Below are positions 52,873 to 64,000 of a DNA stretch of 64,000 bases, one piece after another; position 1 is the first letter of the stretch; every line of letters starts with the position of its first letter. The notes below the pieces were generated by a model. That model ran no database searches. It saw only the letters and a list, made by a program, of their open reading frames with translations, and was not told where the DNA came from. Made by a program: the position numbers and the translations under genes. The DNA comes from an uncultured delta proteobacterium (GTDB taxonomy: Bacteria > Myxococcota_A > Polyangia > Haliangiales > Haliangiaceae): positions 320,001 through 384,000 of the forward strand of contig CAWKDB010000011.1 in assembly GCA_963848295.1 (NCBI GenBank), in the 5' to 3' direction.

Positions 52873-53844
52873 ATGAACGTCCTGGTTACCGGCGGTAACG
52901 GTTTCATCGGCTCGGTCGTGGTGCGCACCCTCGTGGCCGAAGGCCATAAGGTCCGTTGCCTGCTCAGGGAAACCAGCAAGACCGACCGGCTCGATGGCGT
53001 CACCTACGAACGCGCCATCGGCGACGTTCGTGACGCTGCTTCGATCACCGAAGCAGCCTCCGGCTGCGACGCGATCATCCATCTCGCGAGCCTGTCGGCC
53101 TGGGACCAGATCGACTCGCCCCTGATGGACGAGGTGGTCGAGGGCGGCACCCGCAACGTGCTCGCTACCGCCAAGGCAACGCCGGGGACGCGGGTCGTGT
53201 TCGTGTCGAGCATCCTCGCGGTCAACGGCTCGGATCGGCCGAAACAGTTCGACGAGGCGTCGGTCTGGACCGTGCCCGACGCGCACCTCAAGTACTCGCG
53301 CTGCAAGCGCCGCGCGGAGGCGATGTGCATGGCCGCGGTCCGCGAAGGCGTGCCGGTCATCATCGTCAACCCGGGCGAGGTCTACGGGCCGAACGATACC
53401 GCGCTGATCACCGCCTGCAACCTGATCGACTTCGCGAAGAGCAAGCCCGTGTTGGTGTGCAGCGGCGGCACGTCGGTCGTGTACATCGACGACGTCGCAC
53501 TCGCGATCGTGCGCGCGCTCGAGAAGGGCCGCGTCGGCGAGCGCTACATCCTCGGCGGCGACAACCTCAGCGTGCAGGACCTCGCGAAGCTGTCGCTCGA
53601 GCTGCTCGGCCAGAAGAAGACGATCCTCAAGGTGCCGAACGCGGTGATCAAAGCGATCGCGACGATCGGGACCAGGTTTCGCCTGCCGCTGCCGTTCAAC
53701 GCCCACGTCATCCCCTACGCCACGAAGTACTGGTTCATGTCGAACGCGAAGGCGAAGCGCGAGCTCGGGGTCGAGTTCCGCTCGGCGCGCGAGACGCTCG
53801 GTCCCACGCTCGACTGGCTGCGCCAGACCGGGAGGATCTCGTGA
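52873..53844 (+). CDS. NAD(P)-dependent epimerase/reductase (extended SDR, DFR/HpnA-like)
   Basis: TGGNGFIG, HLAS, YSRCK, VNPGEVYGP. Confidence 0.9.
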   Translation: MNVLVTGGNGFIGSVVVRTLVAEGHKVRCLLRETSKTDRLDGVTYERAIGDVRDAASITEAASGCDAIIHLASLSAWDQIDSPLMDEVVEGGTRNVLATAKATPGTRVVFVSSILAVNGSDRPKQFDEASVWTVPDAHLKYSRCKRRAEAMCMAAVREGVPVIIVNPGEVYGPNDTALITACNLIDFAKSKPVLVCSGGTSVVYIDDVALAIVRALEKGRVGERYILGGDNLSVQDLAKLSLELLGQKKTILKVPNAVIKAIATIGTRFRLPLPFNAHVIPYATKYWFMSNAKAKRELGVEFRSARETLGPTLDWLRQTGRIS

Positions 53845-55757
53845 AGCCCGAGCTCGTTCGCGATGACTGCCACCCGACCGCGCCGGTCGCGCACGCGCCT
53901 GCGATGCCGCGGCGCCCGATGACGGCGACCAACCCGAAGACGCTGCTCGATGCGCTCGAGCAGTGCCATCTCGTCGGCGACGTGCGCGGCTACGCGTTCG
54001 TCGCCGCCGACGGCAGCGAGACGATCTACGGGTTCAGGAGGCTCGTCGAAGAGGCGCGCAAGCGCGGTCGGCAGCTCGCCGGCATGGGCCTGCGCAAGGG
54101 CGATCGCGTCGCGCTCGTCATCCCCGATGCGACCGAGTTCGTGCTGACGTTCCTCGGCGCGGTCACCGCCGGCATCGTGCCGGTGCCGCTCTATCCGCCG
54201 CTGTCGCTCGGGCGGCTCGACGCGTATCTCGGCGGCATGGTCCGCACGCTCAACGCGGCGGCCGTCGATCTCGTGATCGCGACCGCGCAGGTACAAAAGG
54301 TCTTGTGGTCGGTGATGCCGCGGGTCCCGACCGCGCGCGATCTGATCACGGTGGAAGATCTCGCGTCGCGCGCCGAGTCCCCCGCGCCGGCGCCCGAGAT
54401 CGTGCCCACCGACCCGGTGTTCCTGCAGTTCACCTCGGGCTCGACCTCGACGCCGAAGGGCGTCGTCGTCACCCACGCTAGCCTGTGCGCGAACGGGATC
54501 GGGATCATGTTCCCCGGCCTGGAGATCGATCCGGAGACCGACAAGGCGGTCTCGTGGCTGCCGCTCTATCACGACATGGGCCTGATCGGCTTCGTGCTCG
54601 CGCCGCTGATCGCGACGCTGCCGGCGGTGTTCATGCCGACGCTGTCGTTCGTGAAACGGCCGACGCTGTGGATGGACGTGATCGATCGCCACCGCGGCAC
54701 GATCACGTTCGCGCCGAACTTCGCGTTCGCGCGACTGACCAAGCGCGCGAGCGACGCCGATCTCGCGAAGTGGGATCTGTCGTGCGTGCGCACCATGGGC
54801 TGCGGCGCCGAGCCGATCCACGCCGGCACGATGCGCGCGTTCCTCGATAAGTTCGCCGCCGCGAAGCTCGCATCGAACGTCTTGCTGCCGTGCTACGGCA
54901 TGGCCGAAGCGACGCTCGCGATGAGCTTCGTGCCGCTCGCCGCGGAGCTCCACGTCGACGCGATCGATCCCGACGCGTGCTACGCGGAGCGCAAGGCGGT
55001 GCCGGCGACCGCGCTCGGCGCGCTCGAGCTGGTGTCGTGCGGCAAGCCGTTCCCCGGCCACGAGCTCGGCATCTTCGACGACAACCATCACAAGCTCGGC
55101 GAGCGCCAGATCGGCGAGATCCGGTTCCGCGGACCATCTGTCGCCGCCGGGTACTTCCGCAACGCGGAAGTGTCCGCGAACGTGTTTCGCAGCGATGGCT
55201 GGCTGTGCACCGGCGACCTCGGCTACCTCGCCGACGGCAACCTGTACATCTCGGGTCGCAAGAAGGACATCCTGATCGTCCACGGCCGCAACTACTACCC
55301 GCAAGGGATCGAGTGGCTGGTCGAGGATGTCGCGGGCGTGCGCAAGGGCAACGTCGTCGTGTTCTCGGTGCCTGGGGCGACGTCCGAGGAGGTCGTCGTG
55401 GTCGCCGAGACGTCGGAGGCCGACGCCGACAAGCGCAAGCAGATCGCCCACGCGATCAAGGCGCACGTGTCGGAGGACATGTCGCTCGTCGTCGGGGACG
55501 TCACGCTGCTCGGCGTCGGCGAGCTGCCGAAGACGACGTCCGGCAAGGTCCAGCGCCAGAAGACGCGCACCGACTACCTCGCCGGCTCGCTCGGCAAAGA
55601 GGGCGTACGCAGCCTGTCATCGGGCGCGCAGAAGCTCGCGCTCGCGAGGCACGTCGCGGCGAGCTTCGTGTCGCGCGTTCGTCACACCGTCGGTACGCGA
55701 CTCGGCCTCGGCTGGCTCGCCAAGGCAAAGCCGGCTCCTGATCTGGAGGATCGCTAA
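53841..55757 (+). CDS. Fatty acyl-AMP ligase (FAAL)
   Basis: FLQFTSGSTSTPKG, SWLPLYHDMGLIG, CYGMAEATL, GRKKDILIVHGRNYYP, PKTTSGK. Start could be further downstream. Confidence 0.92.
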   Translation: MKPELVRDDCHPTAPVAHAPAMPRRPMTATNPKTLLDALEQCHLVGDVRGYAFVAADGSETIYGFRRLVEEARKRGRQLAGMGLRKGDRVALVIPDATEFVLTFLGAVTAGIVPVPLYPPLSLGRLDAYLGGMVRTLNAAAVDLVIATAQVQKVLWSVMPRVPTARDLITVEDLASRAESPAPAPEIVPTDPVFLQFTSGSTSTPKGVVVTHASLCANGIGIMFPGLEIDPETDKAVSWLPLYHDMGLIGFVLAPLIATLPAVFMPTLSFVKRPTLWMDVIDRHRGTITFAPNFAFARLTKRASDADLAKWDLSCVRTMGCGAEPIHAGTMRAFLDKFAAAKLASNVLLPCYGMAEATLAMSFVPLAAELHVDAIDPDACYAERKAVPATALGALELVSCGKPFPGHELGIFDDNHHKLGERQIGEIRFRGPSVAAGYFRNAEVSANVFRSDGWLCTGDLGYLADGNLYISGRKKDILIVHGRNYYPQGIEWLVEDVAGVRKGNVVVFSVPGATSEEVVVVAETSEADADKRKQIAHAIKAHVSEDMSLVVGDVTLLGVGELPKTTSGKVQRQKTRTDYLAGSLGKEGVRSLSSGAQKLALARHVAASFVSRVRHTVGTRLGLGWLAKAKPAPDLEDR

Positions 55758-56651
55758 ATGGGTTCGACGCAGAAAGATATCGAAGTCTCGTACGACGTCG
55801 ACAACGAGTTCTTCCGGCTGTGGCTCGACGAGCGCATGAACTACACGTGCGGCTTGTTCGAACCGGCGGACCTGGCGATCAAGACCCCGCCCGGCGCGAA
55901 GCCGGCAGGTAGCCTCGAGAAGGCGCAGCTCAAGAAGCTCGGCTGGCTCGCCGACGCCGCGCACGTGCGGCCCGAAGCCAAGCTGCTCGACATCGGCTGC
56001 GGCTGGGGCGCGAACCTCGAGTTCCAGACCACGTCGCGCGGCGTCAAGGAAGCGCACGGCATCACGCTGTCGACCGCGCAGGCGAACGAGATCGCGGCGC
56101 GCAAGCTGCCCGGCGTCACCGCGAGCGTCGTGTCCTACCTCGACTACCAGCCGACCGTGAAGTTCGACTCGGTGATCTCGATCTGCATGATGGAGCACAT
56201 CTGCGCGCCCGAGGAAGCTCGCGCGGGCAAGCAGGTCGACATGTATCGCAACTACTTCCGGCTCGCCCACGAGTGGACGAACCCCGGCGCGCACTTCGGT
56301 CTGCAGACGATCCTGCGCAACCGCGTGCCGCGCATAAAACAGGACATCCGCGACATCGGCTGGCTGACCTACACGATCTTCCCGGGCGGGATCTCGCTGC
56401 GCCTCGAGGACGTGATCGCGGCGGTCAACCCGTACTGGGAGGTCATCGAGGTCCAGACGCGGCGCGAGCACTACGGCCGCACCTGCGAGCACTGGCGGTC
56501 GCGGCTGCGCGATCACAAGGAACTGATCGAGCAGCGCTGGAGCCCGCAGCTATTTGCCGACTACGACCGTTATCTGTCGACCTGCGTCCGCGGGTTCGAG
56601 ATGCACTATCAATCGTTGGCGCAGTACTCGCTGCGCCGGATCGACGCGTAA
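55758..56651 (+). CDS. Cyclopropane fatty-acid synthase / mycolic-acid-methyltransferase-like SAM methyltransferase
   Basis: YDVDNEFFRLWLD, MNYTC, LDIGCGWG, GITLS, MEH, IFPGG, HYGRT. Confidence 0.92.
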   Translation: MGSTQKDIEVSYDVDNEFFRLWLDERMNYTCGLFEPADLAIKTPPGAKPAGSLEKAQLKKLGWLADAAHVRPEAKLLDIGCGWGANLEFQTTSRGVKEAHGITLSTAQANEIAARKLPGVTASVVSYLDYQPTVKFDSVISICMMEHICAPEEARAGKQVDMYRNYFRLAHEWTNPGAHFGLQTILRNRVPRIKQDIRDIGWLTYTIFPGGISLRLEDVIAAVNPYWEVIEVQTRREHYGRTCEHWRSRLRDHKELIEQRWSPQLFADYDRYLSTCVRGFEMHYQSLAQYSLRRIDA

Positions 56652-56663
56652 GGGAGTAACGAT

Positions 56664-56915
56664 ATGACCGCCAAGCCGATCGACATCATCAAGCTATTCA
56701 CCGAGGCCGCGTTCGAGGCCGACGGCCGCACGCTCGAAGGGCTCACGCTCGACAGCAAGTTCTCCGAGCTCGCGATGGACTCGGTCGCCGTGATGGAGAC
56801 CATCGGCGTGTTCGAGAATCGGCTCTCGATCCGGTTCAACGACGACGATCTGTCGCGGCTGACGACGCTGCGCGATCTCGAGGCGCTGGTCTCCAAGTCG
56901 GTCAAAGCGGCATAA
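56664..56915 (+). CDS. Acyl carrier protein
   Basis: ELAMDSV (Ppant Ser); acidic, 83 aa. Confidence 0.88.
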   Translation: MTAKPIDIIKLFTEAAFEADGRTLEGLTLDSKFSELAMDSVAVMETIGVFENRLSIRFNDDDLSRLTTLRDLEALVSKSVKAA

Positions 56916-56920
56916 CGCCC

Positions 56921-64000
<7,080 letters not shown>

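Overview
High-GC window with myxobacterial-type gene content (Kofleriaceae-like; taxonomy is inference). Left to right: (1) an aromatic acyl-CoA catabolic operon (benzoate/2-aminobenzoate-CoA ligase family, acyl-CoA dehydrogenase, enoyl-CoA hydratase, RidA, SDR) plus housekeeping genes; (2) tRNA-Gln(CTG) and tRNA-Glu(CTC), the latter carrying a ~9.2-kb capsid-less integrated element (9698-18931). The element is bounded by 22-bp att repeats, and its tyrosine integrase reads through the att core. It also encodes a DnaB-N/AAA helicase with an iteron-like origin, RHH/HTH/sigma-region-4 regulators, and a three-gene TIGR04255-like / unknown / HEPN cargo cassette; (3) a kinase-STAND-WD40 receptor, an orphan double-glycine peptide and an FHA sigma54 activator; (4) hemN and a cbb3 oxidase operon with two single-base frameshifts; (5) a LysR-linked operon with an hmgA remnant, hppD and two di-iron ferritin-like enzymes; (6) secreted lipoproteins and paralog pairs; (7) a lipid/polyketide cluster (reductase, FAAL, cyclopropane-synthase-like methyltransferase, ACP, acyl-ACP desaturase-like enzyme, and a KS-AT-ACP-KR-DH PKS fused to a PLP alpha-oxoamine synthase) running off the right edge. 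Many host genes appear to be leaderless, from both sigma54 and sigma70-type promoters. All calls come from motif recognition by eye; no database searches were run.
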